Source: Candidatus Cloacimonadales bacterium
GTDB taxonomy: Bacteria; Cloacimonadota; Cloacimonadia; Cloacimonadales; DAONDQ01
Assembly (NCBI GenBank): GCA_963662275.1
Contig: OY759316.1
Location: 3,424,001-3,488,000, forward strand
Direction of reading: 5' to 3'
DNA: 64,000 nucleotides
Made by a program: the position numbers and the translations under genes. Under the pieces are notes generated by a model. The model ran no database searches and was not told where the DNA came from. It worked only from the letters and a program-made list of their open reading frames with translations. Shown in pieces: positions 8,983 to 19,917 of this stretch. How positions within the stretch are numbered: the first letter of the stretch is position 1; each line of letters begins with the position of its first letter.

Positions 8983-10074
8983 CTATACATCCATTAGTTT
9001 TTCGCGTATTTTAGCACTGACCATATCCATCACCCAGACAACGATGGCAATAAGCCACATAATAACACCTACATTGCGCCAAGCAAGCATCATCTGCTGC
9101 TGCTGGAGAGCAAGACCAATACCTCCACCACCAACAAAACCCACAATTGTTGCCATTCGAACATTGATATCCCAACGATAAATCGTAAATGCCAGGAAAG
9201 GCGCTAATATCTGGGGAACGACGGCATATCTCCAAACTTGAAGTGTTGAAGCACCGGTTGCTTTGATCGCTTCGACAGGTCCGTTATCTATGTTCTCAAT
9301 CTGTTCTGAATATAGTTTCACCAACGAAGCAATAGAATGAATCATAAGTGCCAGCATACCTGCAAAGGGACCAATTCCTACCCAAACCGAAAAGATGATT
9401 GCCCAGACAATAGCTTCTATGGAACGGAAAATCGTTGATGTCGTCCTGACTATATAATAAATGATACTGCTGAACCAGTGTTTTTTCATCAGATTCTGTG
9501 CTGCCAAAAAACTTAGTAAAAAAGCAAAGGGAATAGCTACAATCGTTGCCATTAGTGCCAACATGACAGATTCTGCCAAAGCAAACAGCATATCTGTCAG
9601 GATAGCCAGATTCGGATGAATCAGACCGGTTACGATTCCTTTTGCATTTCTAAAATGAGTAAAGAACTTCACCGGTTGTATTTCAACAATGACATAACCC
9701 ACAGCTAAAGTAAGCAGCATCAGGAATACAGATCCCCAGCCCCAAAGCCTGGTATACCATCTACCCGGCTTGGTTTTTTCAGGCAAAAACAATTTGATCC
9801 CTACAGAATCCTTGATGAATATCATTACGATTGAAAGCAATACTGGTAGTATAAAAATGGCTAATGTGAAAATATGAGTTATAATCCATGGATTCTGATT
9901 AGTTGGAATCCAAGAACTGCATAATTTGATAACAGAGGAATTATCCAGTTCAAACCACTTCATTCCAAGATAATACATACCACCGAGTATATATAGCCAC
10001 ATGAAGTAATCCAGGACAAATGCCCTGAACCAATCATACCGGATAGAATTAGCGGATTTCGATTTGCTTGGCAT
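8983..10074 (-). CDS. phnE: Phosphonate/phosphite ABC transporter permease with an extended N-terminal membrane region
   Basis: KLYSEQIENIDNGPVEAIKATGA, YRWDINVRMATIVGFVGGGGIG. Start is uncertain (10074 preferred; the track gives 10146). Confidence 0.88.
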   Translation of the reverse strand: MPSKSKSANSIRYDWFRAFVLDYFMWLYILGGMYYLGMKWFELDNSSVIKLCSSWIPTNQNPWIITHIFTLAIFILPVLLSIVMIFIKDSVGIKLFLPEKTKPGRWYTRLWGWGSVFLMLLTLAVGYVIVEIQPVKFFTHFRNAKGIVTGLIHPNLAILTDMLFALAESVMLALMATIVAIPFAFLLSFLAAQNLMKKHWFSSIIYYIVRTTSTIFRSIEAIVWAIIFSVWVGIGPFAGMLALMIHSIASLVKLYSEQIENIDNGPVEAIKATGASTLQVWRYAVVPQILAPFLAFTIYRWDINVRMATIVGFVGGGGIGLALQQQQMMLAWRNVGVIMWLIAIVVWVMDMVSAKIREKLMDV

Positions 10075-10804
10075 CTTCACCGTAGATGGCTTGGAATCGC
10101 TCATCATCGATCTCCTGTGGACTACCTTCAAACACGATTTTTCCATCCTTTAAGGCAACAACACGTGTGCCATATTTCCGGGCTAAACTTAGAAAATGCA
10201 GTGAACATACAACTGTCATATTATCTTTTGTATTCAAATCCCCCAGGTGTTGCATCACTGAATCTGCTGTCGCAGGATCAAGACTTGCTACAGGCTCATC
10301 TGCCAGGATTAGTTTAGGTTCCTGCATCAATGCCCTGGCAATGGCAACTCGCTGTTGCTGTCCACCGCTCAGATTCTTGACCAGACGATCTGCATACTGG
10401 ATCATACCAACACGTTTCAAGTTCTGTGTTGCTGTATCCAATTCACTTTTCTTCCAACTGGAAAAAATACCGTGATGTCCCAATCTTCCGGTCAGAACAT
10501 TCGTCATAACACTTAGATTCTTAATTAAATTGAATTGCTGAAAAATCATACCGATATGACTACGGATTTCCCGAAGATGATCACCTTTTGCAGCACAAAC
10601 ATCATCTCCATTGAACCTGATTTCACCCTGGGTGGGTTCGATCAAACGGTTTATACATCTTAGGAGAGTTGATTTACCAGACCCCGAAAGCCCCAGGAGA
10701 ATGACGAATTCGCCTTCCTTCACAGTGAAATGGATATCATGCAATGCATGAGTTCCATTTGGATAAATTTTATGTAGATTTTTAATCTCTAAAAGAGAAC
10801 TCAT
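10049..10804 (-). CDS. phnC: Phosphonate ABC transporter ATPase
   Basis: [45 protein letters not shown]. Confidence 0.93.
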   Translation of the reverse strand: MSSLLEIKNLHKIYPNGTHALHDIHFTVKEGEFVILLGLSGSGKSTLLRCINRLIEPTQGEIRFNGDDVCAAKGDHLREIRSHIGMIFQQFNLIKNLSVMTNVLTGRLGHHGIFSSWKKSELDTATQNLKRVGMIQYADRLVKNLSGGQQQRVAIARALMQEPKLILADEPVASLDPATADSVMQHLGDLNTKDNMTVVCSLHFLSLARKYGTRVVALKDGKIVFEGSPQEIDDERFQAIYGEDAKQIEIR

Positions 10805-11709
10805 TGAATCATTTTCTCAGGATCGAAGCCTAAACTCTTCAAAGTTGTACGGACAATATCATAATCTGCGTTTGTTGATGGAACAAGACCATCAATCTGA
10901 TACAAATCCTTCAATGTTATCTTCCCATCAGATGATGAGGCAAAATCAAGTAGTGAAGCCACAATCTTTTCCTTCATTTTTGGATCCATATCTTTTCTGA
11001 AAGTGACAGTATCGTTGGGAATCCAATCCGTAAAACCAATAATTTTTATCTTCTGAAAGACATCAGGATAGGTTTCCACTATTGTCTTCCGTGAATCCTG
11101 TGGAACATTATTAATATCCGGAGGTGACCAGAAGGATGCTGCGACATCTGCTTGTCCTTGGTATACAGAGAGAATAGCAGCAGGATGACTTCCTGCATAG
11201 TACGTTTTTCCAGGTTGAATGTTCTTCTGTTTCAATATCGCTGATGGATAGATATAACCGGAAGTAGAAGCTGCATCTGTATAAGCGATGGTTTTGCCCT
11301 GAATATCATCAATGGAATTCAATTTACTATCTTCTCTTGCTACAAATTGTCCCCGATACTGTTTCAATCCATTCCGAACAGTTGTCAGTGCGACTTCTGC
11401 TCCGTATTTCTGGTGCGCTAGTATATAGGCAAATGTGGCAAGCCAGGCAATATCAGCTTCATTTGTTCCTAAGGCTTCTATCACTGCGGCATAACTTGTG
11501 GGTACAGCCACCTTAAAATAATAGCCTGTCTTTGCATGCAAATAATTGGAGATTGCCTCTCCACTTGTAATAATCTTACCAGCTTCCATGGATGGAACAA
11601 AATACATCTTTATCGGATTCTGCTTTGTCCCGAGAGGTGTGTTCGGACTACAAGCTTCGACTATCAACATGAGAATGATAAGACAAAGCAAAATAATCAT
11701 TTTCTTCAT
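10801..11709 (-). CDS. phnD: Phosphate/phosphite/phosphonate ABC substrate-binding lipoprotein
   Basis: Lipobox-like VEAC, TSYAAVIEAL, DAASTSGYIYP, GSH, IPND. Confidence 0.9.
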   Translation of the reverse strand: MKKMIILLCLIILMLIVEACSPNTPLGTKQNPIKMYFVPSMEAGKIITSGEAISNYLHAKTGYYFKVAVPTSYAAVIEALGTNEADIAWLATFAYILAHQKYGAEVALTTVRNGLKQYRGQFVAREDSKLNSIDDIQGKTIAYTDAASTSGYIYPSAILKQKNIQPGKTYYAGSHPAAILSVYQGQADVAASFWSPPDINNVPQDSRKTIVETYPDVFQKIKIIGFTDWIPNDTVTFRKDMDPKMKEKIVASLLDFASSSDGKITLKDLYQIDGLVPSTNADYDIVRTTLKSLGFDPEKMIQ

Positions 11710-11817
11710 CGCCTGCTCCTATTTTTCTATCGTTATGTAATAGGTTCGAACGAGTTATTAATACTTCTAATTCAATAACAAATGGTAAAAACCAGATTCC
11801 TTTAAATTATATATGTT

Positions 11818-12552
11818 CTACAATGTCAAAATATTTATGAGATCACTTAACTCAGAGATGATGAATGTTGGAGAAATCTCACTTTCTTCTTCTTGATTTT
11901 GGGGATTATACCAACATGCATCCAACCCGAAATTTAAAGCTCCAAAGATATCTGAATGCAGGTTATCGCCAATCACCAGGACTTCTCCGGGAACCGGATT
12001 TCCCAATTGAAAAAGGGTATGATGGAAAAAAGCAGGTTCAGGTTTGGAATAACCGATTTCTTCTGAGATAATTACTTTACAGAAGAATTTTTCAAAACCG
12101 GATTTGCTTATCCTTCTGTGCTGCACCCTGGCAATACCGTTTGTCACAAGACACATTTGATATCTGCCATGAAGTGTTTCTAAGAGTTCCCTTGCTCCTG
12201 GCAACAGTTGTATTTGCTCGGATAAATGATCAAGGTACTTTTCGCTGCATTCATTTGCATCCAGGTGATGCAATGAAGATATCTCCAGGAACAAATCCCG
12301 GAAACGGGCTTTCTTCAGATCATCTAGTTTGATCCTCTTTTCTTCAAAGGCTCGCCAGTAACCTGCATTGATCCTAGTGTAAACATGTTTTAACTTCGTC
12401 ATATCTTCAGTACATTGAAAATCCCTAAATGTTAAACAGAGAGCCATGTCTTCTGCCTGGTTGTAATTGAAAAGGGTATTGTCGAGATCAAATAGAAGAT
12501 ACTTGTAATTCTGATGAGTTTTGTCGGTATTAGTATTCTGATTTGGCATCAT
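11818..12552 (-). CDS. HAD hydrolase, YjjG-family noncanonical pyrimidine nucleotidase
   Basis: LLFDLDNTL, VTNG..VQ, ISEEIGYSKPEP.FF, IGDNLHSDI.GA. Confidence 0.88.
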   Translation of the reverse strand: MMPNQNTNTDKTHQNYKYLLFDLDNTLFNYNQAEDMALCLTFRDFQCTEDMTKLKHVYTRINAGYWRAFEEKRIKLDDLKKARFRDLFLEISSLHHLDANECSEKYLDHLSEQIQLLPGARELLETLHGRYQMCLVTNGIARVQHRRISKSGFEKFFCKVIISEEIGYSKPEPAFFHHTLFQLGNPVPGEVLVIGDNLHSDIFGALNFGLDACWYNPQNQEEESEISPTFIISELSDLINILTL

Positions 12553-12566
12553 TAGAATTCAATTGT

Positions 12567-13847
12567 TTAAATCAATTCCCAATCCTGGAAAAACTGATCG
12601 ACTACGAGGATGTCTCTTTGCCATACTTCCTTGATCTGCGATTGTTCTACATCATCGATTGTGAAACCTGAATTGTTGAATAAATTACTGCTGAAGATAG
12701 GCATTTCATCCGGCTGGAGTATTACTTGTTCATAGATATCCGTAAAAGATAGCAAACCGGATACGGTGACAGTTTCACCTAAGAATTTGTTGACAACGGA
12801 TACAACACGAATGCTGATCTTCCCAAGCTTTTTGTTCATTTCATCAGCTAGTTTCTGAATCATGGGATATGCTGAAGTACCAGTAATCATAACTAAATTA
12901 TGCTTCCACCGTTGAATATCTTTGATGAATTCACGCTTTGCATTTTTCCAGTTATCCAACAGTAAACGAGTCATGCCAATGCCGTTCTCTAATTGAGGAT
13001 AATCCCCATAGAATTCATCAGTAGGTATTTCTTCCCCGCAAAGATTATAGATTTCATCAGCACAATAGATTTTATTCGGTTGAAAAAGCTCACTTACCCT
13101 CCTGGTCATATCGAGGACTTCACATGCTTTTCCTGCATCAATTGGTCTAATCAGGGGAAGGTTTTTTCGATAACTGGTAAGTCCCACAGGAACAACACCA
13201 ATGGAAAGGACATTTAAATCTGATGAGCAAAGATCGAGTAGTGTCTTCTCCAATTCTGTACCATCATTCCATTCGGGGACAACTACGATTTGAACATGCA
13301 TTTCAATTCCGTTTTCTGATAAAGTCCGCATGATTTCCATGACGTTAATCGTTTGTCTATATCCCATCATCTTTTGTCTCAGAACACTATTCGTGGAATG
13401 CACAGAAATGTATAAGGGGGATAGTCGTTGAGTAATGATCTTCTTGATATCTCTTTCACTAATGTTCGTTAAAGTGATAAAATTACCAAAAACAAATGAA
13501 AACAAGTAATCATCGTCCTTTTCATAAAGAGTAGTACGTAATTCAGGACGCATCTGATCAACAAAACAAAAGACACAGCGATTGGTACACATTCTACAAT
13601 TATGAGGAATTGGTTCAATACCCAATGGATTTTGCCAGTTTTGTTCTATTTCAATTCGTTTTTTAAAACCATCTTGATCGATGTATTCGATATTTAATTC
13701 CCTGTCTGCACCATAAAACTGGAGATCGATAAAATCATAAATATTCTTATCATTCATAGAGATAATCGTGTCTCCTACCTTTAATCCATTTTTCTCCGCT
13801 AAGCTTTTAGGAATAATGGATTGAATTTTAAGAGACATAAACCTCAC
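12567..13847 (-). CDS. PDZ + radical-SAM-like DUF512 protein
   Basis: N-terminal PDZ-like SLAEKNGLKVGD, C.NRCVFCFVDQ, KDDDY, YPQLENGIGM. Confidence 0.87.
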   Translation of the reverse strand: MRFMSLKIQSIIPKSLAEKNGLKVGDTIISMNDKNIYDFIDLQFYGADRELNIEYIDQDGFKKRIEIEQNWQNPLGIEPIPHNCRMCTNRCVFCFVDQMRPELRTTLYEKDDDYLFSFVFGNFITLTNISERDIKKIITQRLSPLYISVHSTNSVLRQKMMGYRQTINVMEIMRTLSENGIEMHVQIVVVPEWNDGTELEKTLLDLCSSDLNVLSIGVVPVGLTSYRKNLPLIRPIDAGKACEVLDMTRRVSELFQPNKIYCADEIYNLCGEEIPTDEFYGDYPQLENGIGMTRLLLDNWKNAKREFIKDIQRWKHNLVMITGTSAYPMIQKLADEMNKKLGKISIRVVSVVNKFLGETVTVSGLLSFTDIYEQVILQPDEMPIFSSNLFNNSGFTIDDVEQSQIKEVWQRDILVVDQFFQDWELI

Positions 13848-14176
13848 CTTTCCTTCATGAAAATGATTTTTGCATGTACCAGGATGCTTATTTGGAAAAG
13901 AAAAAGATGTTTGTCAATGAGAAATAAAGAAGGTATATTTTCGCCTTTTCTATTAATTCTTATCTTTCTTATTATGAAATATACTCTTCACTCGTAGTTC
14001 GCTTTTCGATGTGTTTTGCTGAAATATCTCTAATTATCTGCCTGAGAAGAAGAAAGCTAAGCTGCCACTTTTTTTATTGAGATGATCTTCCCATTTATTT
14101 ATCTTGTCTATCTCAAGGTTTGGAAGAAAAGTTGCATAAGTACTACTAGCTTATAATATGCTTATAGGAGGAAATT

Positions 14177-17100
14177 GTGAGATTCAAGTATATAATTATC
14201 CTGATCCTTTTCGGATTAGGAATCCAGTTTTTACCCGCTCAACCCGCTATGTGGCCTAGTGCTGTTGCTATCCGTCAAGGATTAAACATTGAATGGTTTC
14301 GTACCGCTGCTGCAGGTCCAGATGGCTCTATGATTATCGTTTGGTCTGATACCAAATACGGTGGTAGAGATATGTGGGCACAAAAAGTCGACGCTAATGG
14401 TAATTTCCTGTGGGGAGCACAGCCTCTCCTCATTGATAACAAATTTGACCGACAGGAAGATCCTGTCATTATCGCTACAAATGATAATGGGTATGTGATT
14501 GCCTGGATCGATTTCTCTACAGATCTTGATGGTAATGTTTATGCTCAGAAAGTTAGCAACACCGGACAAATTCTTTGGCAACAAGGTGGAGTTCCCTTGT
14601 GTGTGACTGCTGGTAACCAGATTTCAATCAACGGTTGCGCAGATAATACTGGTGGTGCTTATTTGAATTGGGTCGATTCACGAAATCCCAGTAAAGATAT
14701 TTATGGAGCTCACGTTCTTTCTGATGGAACAATGCCCTGGGTACTGAATGGCATTCCTTTTGCTAACAGCACAGGTGATGAGGCTTCCAATACTATGTGG
14801 GAAGATGGTACCGGTGGTTTTATTATCGCTTATTCAAATAAAGTAGAACAACAAAGCGATATTTATATCAATCGTTTCCTGCCCAGTGGCTCTTCTGCTT
14901 GGGGAGGCACTCAGGTATTATCAAATGGACCAAATGACCAGGATATGGTGAAAATGGCTCCCGATGGTACAGGTTCTTTTATTCTTACCTGGAAGGACAT
15001 GCGTGCTACTGATCCTCAAATTTATGCACAACGGGTGAATCTGGATGGTCAATTCCTGTGGGCTAACCCTGTCAATGTGTATCCTGAACCTGATACAATT
15101 TTATCCAATCAAACCAATCCCCGAATTGTTCAATCAAGTGACAGCGGGGCTATTATTGTTTGGGAAGATAATAGAAATGATGATGTCTATACAGATTTGT
15201 ATGCGCAAAAACTGTCAATTTCCGGTTCCTTACTCTGGCCTGTAAGTGGTATTGCTGTTTCCATTGCTCCCTTCCATCAGAAGGATCCACGCCTAATTGA
15301 TGATTCAAATGGCGGTTGTTTTGTTGTTTGGGATGATACACGTGATGGAAATTACCCTAATGTTGATATCTATTCTCAGCACATTCTTACCGACGGAACG
15401 ATGGTTTGGGAAACGAATGGACGTCCAGTATGTAATGCTCCCGGTGAACAATCAGGTTCACTGATCAAGCGCTCTGGAAATGATTTGTTCGTATGTTGGG
15501 CTGATTCCCGTAATGGTTCTATCGGTCTATACTACCAGGTCGTTACGACTGCTGGTACAAATCTTCTGGAAGCCAACGGTAAACGTGTCATTTGGGGACT
15601 AAGTGGTGATGCTGTAAAAGATCAATCAGTTATGCTGAAACGTTCCAATGATGTCGTTGTAATTTGGCAGGATACTCGTTTTGCTAATTTTGGATACCAG
15701 ATATTCTTCCAGATTATTCGTCCTGATAGTACGGTGTTAATGCCAGTAAATGGCAAACCGATTACCGCTTTTTCTAATGGAAACCAGGAAAGTCCTTCCG
15801 CAGTTGTCACACCAGATGGACAAATCGCGATCACTTGGAAAGAACAACGTGGAGAATATCCAAAAGTATATGCTCAACTCTTAGATATTAATGGAAATTA
15901 TCTGTGGGGAGATATGGGTATGGAAGTTACCCTTTCAACACCTATTGAACAAAGATATCCAAAGATTTCTTATGAAGATGGGGCTTTTTATATAGGCTGG
16001 TCAAATTCTGATTCTTTAAACGCTGATAGTCGTTTATTCCGTATTTGGGGTCAGAAGATTGTTAATGGAGAACGTATGTGGGGAGCAAACGGAAAACTGA
16101 TTTCTGAAACTCCTGTAGGAGCAAATCCCACTGAATGCCTGATGCAAAGAATAGTTGGACGTTATTTCGTTTGGCTTACCCAAGATGTTTTATATGCAAA
16201 ACTTGTTGATGCAACCACCGGTAACAGTGCTCCTGGTTGGAATGTCAATGGTAATCGTTCTTCACGTTATGTAGGTGATGGGCTTCTACAGTTATCCCCG
16301 ATTGCTGCTGCTGCCGGAGATGGATTAGTAGTAGTGTGGGAAGATTTACGTAATCAATTTATTAAAAATCTCTATGCTCAAAAGTATAATGTTGATGGTT
16401 TACTTGCTTGGGATTCACTGGGTGTTCATCTCGGCGGTTTTGGTCATGAACAGGATCAATCTGCTTTATATATCGCTGATGGTGTTTACATTCCATGGCG
16501 TGAGAATGTGGATGGGGCAACCCAGGATATTCTAATGCAGAAATTATCAATGTCAGGCGAACCAATGTGGGATGAAGACGGTATTTACGTCATTCAAAGA
16601 CCATCGACCCAATCTGCTCCTTCGATTGCTCCCATTGATAACGACATCAATTTACTGGTTCCCTGGGAAGATACTTTTGATCTGGAAACTGATATCCTCA
16701 TGCGTCGTATCGGTTCCAACGGTGTTGGATATGACAATGCTTTAGGATATGTTGTTTCAGATGCCCCAAAATCTCAGTTCAACCCATCTGTTGTTTCCAT
16801 GGGTAATTATCAGGACTTCATTGTCTGGGAAGATGCACGTTCGAGCGGAAAGACTGAAATTGACGGACTTTACATCCAGTTTGTTGATTATCTCCATGTT
16901 GTCCCCAACAGCGATCTTGTTACTCCTGCCCCTGTTGCAGTTCTTTATAATAATTATCCGAATCCATTCAATCCAGAAACAACCATAAGTTTCAGTCTTC
17001 ACAAACAGGGAAAAGCAAAACTGGAGATCTTTAATATTAAAGGACAGAAAGTGCGTACACTCTTGGATGATACTGTAACTTCAGGATTGCATAACATCGT

Positions 17101-17209
17101 ATGGAATGGAAACAATGATGATCATAAATCTGTTGGATCAGGTGTTTACTTCTATAGACTTACAGCCGGACATCTTATCGGCACAAAGAAAATGATTCTA
17201 ATCAAATAG
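14177..17209 (+). CDS. Secreted repeat (beta-propeller-like) protein with FlgD/T9SS-A-like C-terminal domain
   Basis: Signal peptide; many W.D.R....DIYAQ....G..LW repeats; NYPNPFNPETTISF..IFNIKGQKVRTL..WNG..SGVYFY. Confidence 0.85.
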   Translation: MRFKYIIILILFGLGIQFLPAQPAMWPSAVAIRQGLNIEWFRTAAAGPDGSMIIVWSDTKYGGRDMWAQKVDANGNFLWGAQPLLIDNKFDRQEDPVIIATNDNGYVIAWIDFSTDLDGNVYAQKVSNTGQILWQQGGVPLCVTAGNQISINGCADNTGGAYLNWVDSRNPSKDIYGAHVLSDGTMPWVLNGIPFANSTGDEASNTMWEDGTGGFIIAYSNKVEQQSDIYINRFLPSGSSAWGGTQVLSNGPNDQDMVKMAPDGTGSFILTWKDMRATDPQIYAQRVNLDGQFLWANPVNVYPEPDTILSNQTNPRIVQSSDSGAIIVWEDNRNDDVYTDLYAQKLSISGSLLWPVSGIAVSIAPFHQKDPRLIDDSNGGCFVVWDDTRDGNYPNVDIYSQHILTDGTMVWETNGRPVCNAPGEQSGSLIKRSGNDLFVCWADSRNGSIGLYYQVVTTAGTNLLEANGKRVIWGLSGDAVKDQSVMLKRSNDVVVIWQDTRFANFGYQIFFQIIRPDSTVLMPVNGKPITAFSNGNQESPSAVVTPDGQIAITWKEQRGEYPKVYAQLLDINGNYLWGDMGMEVTLSTPIEQRYPKISYEDGAFYIGWSNSDSLNADSRLFRIWGQKIVNGERMWGANGKLISETPVGANPTECLMQRIVGRYFVWLTQDVLYAKLVDATTGNSAPGWNVNGNRSSRYVGDGLLQLSPIAAAAGDGLVVVWEDLRNQFIKNLYAQKYNVDGLLAWDSLGVHLGGFGHEQDQSALYIADGVYIPWRENVDGATQDILMQKLSMSGEPMWDEDGIYVIQRPSTQSAPSIAPIDNDINLLVPWEDTFDLETDILMRRIGSNGVGYDNALGYVVSDAPKSQFNPSVVSMGNYQDFIVWEDARSSGKTEIDGLYIQFVDYLHVVPNSDLVTPAPVAVLYNNYPNPFNPETTISFSLHKQGKAKLEIFNIKGQKVRTLLDDTVTSGLHNIVWNGNNDDHKSVGSGVYFYRLTAGHLIGTKKMILIK

Positions 17210-17227
17210 TTCTATCTATGATAAATC

Positions 17228-17258
17228 AAAAGGGCAGTTTTATACTGCCCTTTTTTTT
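17228..17258 (+). terminator. Intrinsic terminator, probably bidirectional
   Basis: AAAAGGGCAGT-TTTAT-ACTGCCC-TTTTTTTT between convergent genes. Confidence 0.88.
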
Positions 17259-17375
17259 ATAGTTTCATTTTCCTGAAGTACGAAATTCCCTGTTTGAATA
17301 ATTAGGTCTTGATATTTTCGAAGGGAATGTTGGACTCCAGGTCGCTATTAAGACTTATTCCACAAAATCTTGTTC

Positions 17376-18776
17376 TTAATTCACTGGTATCCCAATACAA
17401 TTCATGATACCACCAGTTTCGGTTCCGCCAAACATCTTAGGAAGACCAGTGCCAAAGTACAAATTACCTCCATTTACCACGATAGAAGTACTGATGGAAT
17501 TCATTTTCTCACTTTTCCATACCGATTCACCGGTTTTTGTATTGTAGCCCCTGATGATTCCATCCGTTGAACCAACGAAATAGACATCCCCTGCGACAAA
17601 GCCTGACTGAGTCATCCAAGCGGGTTGAATCTCTTTCATTTTCCACAATACTTTACCAGTTCCAAGGTCAAACTTCGCAATATCCATCAAGTGCTTTTCC
17701 GCATCTGCATATTTGTATGCATTGTTTGCCCAGGCGCAAATACCATTTTTATCTATCGAAGACGAAGCAAGGAAACCACCACCGGTTGCTCCCAAACCAA
17801 GTTGAGCGCTCCAAACATCTTTACCAGTCGTTCTATCTAATACCCAAAGCGTCCCGTTCTTCTGACCGGCAGCTATGAGCTTCACTTCTTTACCAGCTAT
17901 CTTAGCTTCAAATAATTGGGGAGCTGCACCAAAATCATAGTCAGGTCCTTTTGGCTGAGCCATTGTCCAGACATCATTTTTCAGACATTGTTTCATCCAT
18001 TTCAACTTCCCCGTAAGTGCATCTACCGCCACAATTGCATCCGACATATCAGTTGCAGCTCCTGTATAATTATTGCCTGTATCGAAATAGAGAGTTTTCG
18101 ATTCTTCATCCAATGCAAATCCACTCCAGACAGCCACTCCGTTTTCTTTACCTGTGACCGTTTTAAATTCCCAGATATTCTTTCCGGTCTTAGCATCATA
18201 TGCCTCTACCCTACCCTGGAAATCAGTCACAAAGTCCTTTTGCTGATCCATCCCTTCATCCATTGAACAGACTGGAACATACACCATGCCATTGAAATAC
18301 AGCAATGCTCCTGTATTACCGGATACAGGCTGGTCAGTGAATTTTGCTTTCCATTTGACTTGCCCATCCGTCTTGGCAATTGCATAAAGCATACCTTCAG
18401 CACTTGCCTCAAAAAGCATGTCGTCTCCGAGTACACCTGTCCCAGAAAAACCATACCACGCCCCTTTCGAATCAACAGACTGGATTTTATTCTCCCATAA
18501 AATCTTTCCTGTAATAGCATCTGCAGCATAAACAGTTCCACCCCAATCAGCATAATAAACAATGCCTTGATCAACCAGAGGTTTATGAGTAATCAAATAT
18601 TTAGACTGCGCAGTCCATAATACTTTGGAATTACCAAAATTCCCACTATTGATTGTTGATAGAATGTCAGCATTCTGGTTTTTTAATTCGTTTGAACCGG
18701 CTGCGAATAGTGTTGTCATAAGGCTCATGGAAAATACTAAGAATACTAACAACGATAGATAACTTGATTTCTTCAT
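17376..18776 (-). CDS. Secreted PQQ-binding-like beta-propeller protein
   Basis: Repeats A.DA.TGK..W, GVAVWS..A.D..TLYF.TGN, DYDFGAAP. Start moved to MKKSS (GGAG RBS, signal peptide). Confidence 0.82.
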   Translation of the reverse strand: MKKSSYLSLLVFLVFSMSLMTTLFAAGSNELKNQNADILSTINSGNFGNSKVLWTAQSKYLITHKPLVDQGIVYYADWGGTVYAADAITGKILWENKIQSVDSKGAWYGFSGTGVLGDDMLFEASAEGMLYAIAKTDGQVKWKAKFTDQPVSGNTGALLYFNGMVYVPVCSMDEGMDQQKDFVTDFQGRVEAYDAKTGKNIWEFKTVTGKENGVAVWSGFALDEESKTLYFDTGNNYTGAATDMSDAIVAVDALTGKLKWMKQCLKNDVWTMAQPKGPDYDFGAAPQLFEAKIAGKEVKLIAAGQKNGTLWVLDRTTGKDVWSAQLGLGATGGGFLASSSIDKNGICAWANNAYKYADAEKHLMDIAKFDLGTGKVLWKMKEIQPAWMTQSGFVAGDVYFVGSTDGIIRGYNTKTGESVWKSEKMNSISTSIVVNGGNLYFGTGLPKMFGGTETGGIMNCIGIPVN

Positions 18777-18978
18777 TTTCTCTCCTCTATTATTTGGATT
18801 TATTTTAGCAAATATTAGAAAATATAGTAAAAATATGTTAATAAACAATGCTTTTATCAACTTGTTGGCAAGTAATAGATTTACGATGCGCTTTCGTTAA
18901 TCTTGACTAATAATCAACGATAGGATTAGCGATTGAACGTGAGAAAAGAAATTAATGATGCTCTTGTGAGCCTCTTAT

Positions 18979-19065
18979 AAAACAACCGCAGCACTACCGC
19001 AGCACAATCGCTCCTATAAGCGGTTCTGCTTTGGTTGTGTTGCTGTTGCTGTTTGGTTGTGTTTG
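18979..19065. repeat. 11-mer tandem tract followed by inverted copies (fold-back)
   Basis: AAAACAACCGC-AGCACTACCGC-AGCACAATCGC, then GCGGTTCTGCT-TTGGTTGTGTT... Confidence 0.6.
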
Positions 19066-19216
19066 TTTTGTTTTCCAAGTGACGTATCACTGACTTCTGG
19101 CGGTAACTGTGTGGTAACTAAGACCTGACACCTGCCACCTTCTGCAGCCTTTCATATCAAACCATTCGACCTATCCACCGATGACTAATCGACGCTCCGG
19201 ACTGCTCTGCTCCCTC

Positions 19217-19255
19217 TATGCTGTACCCTGTACGCTGTACGCTGTACGCTTTACC
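19217..19255. repeat. Short heptamer tract, reverse complement of the 48471 array unit
   Basis: TGCTGTA-CCCTGTA-CGCTGTA-CGCTGTA-CGCTTTA. Confidence 0.8.
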
Positions 19256-19333
19256 CTATTCGCTTCTGCAAATTTTCCTTGCCAGATATTCCCCAAGAAC
19301 AAATTCTTAAATGCTGAAATCTATTATTATTGA

Positions 19334-19894
19334 GTGGAGAGAATGAGAAGAAAACGCACCCTGTTCTGCCCCAAGAACCGCAACTCCAGGTCACTGGCAG
19401 TGTCAACCTGCTGTATCTGTGAGAAGTTGGGTGACTGTAAAGTTTTCATGTCTTTCTACCGTGATCATAAGCTCGAATATAACAAATTTGTAAAAGAAAC
19501 ATTACTAAAATTCCCAGATAAATACCAAATGGAGGTAATCCTCATGGCTGAAAAGAAGCAATTCGTGCAGGTTGTGGATCATGCAACCGGACGGGTGGAA
19601 AGAGTCATCGAACTGGATAAGCTCGAACGCCTTTCCCCTGAAGACAAACTCTCTCTCTCAAAGGGCAAAGACCTCTTCCTGGTGACACATGTCATTGAAC
19701 CTGTCATCAAGATCGAGATGAAGAAGAGACTCATCGATACGGAAATGAACTTCCATCGTGAAGAGGAAGAAGTGAAGCCGGAAGTAAAACCGGAAGCGAA
19801 ACCGGTAGTAAAGCCTGAACCAACAGATTTATTTGCTGAAGAACCTAAGAAAACTGAACCAGCACCAACCCGTGGTCGTAAGAAAAAAGAGTAA
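19334..19894 (+). CDS. Hypothetical protein: Cys-rich N-terminus, strong internal start at 19544, Pro/Lys/Glu-rich tail
   Basis: Open frame; GGAGG precedes ATG 19544 (MAEKKQF); C-terminal VKPE repeats. Confidence 0.7.
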   Translation: MERMRRKRTLFCPKNRNSRSLAVSTCCICEKLGDCKVFMSFYRDHKLEYNKFVKETLLKFPDKYQMEVILMAEKKQFVQVVDHATGRVERVIELDKLERLSPEDKLSLSKGKDLFLVTHVIEPVIKIEMKKRLIDTEMNFHREEEEVKPEVKPEAKPVVKPEPTDLFAEEPKKTEPAPTRGRKKKE

Positions 19895-19917
19895 AGTAAG
19901 ACGCCGTTCTTACTGCT

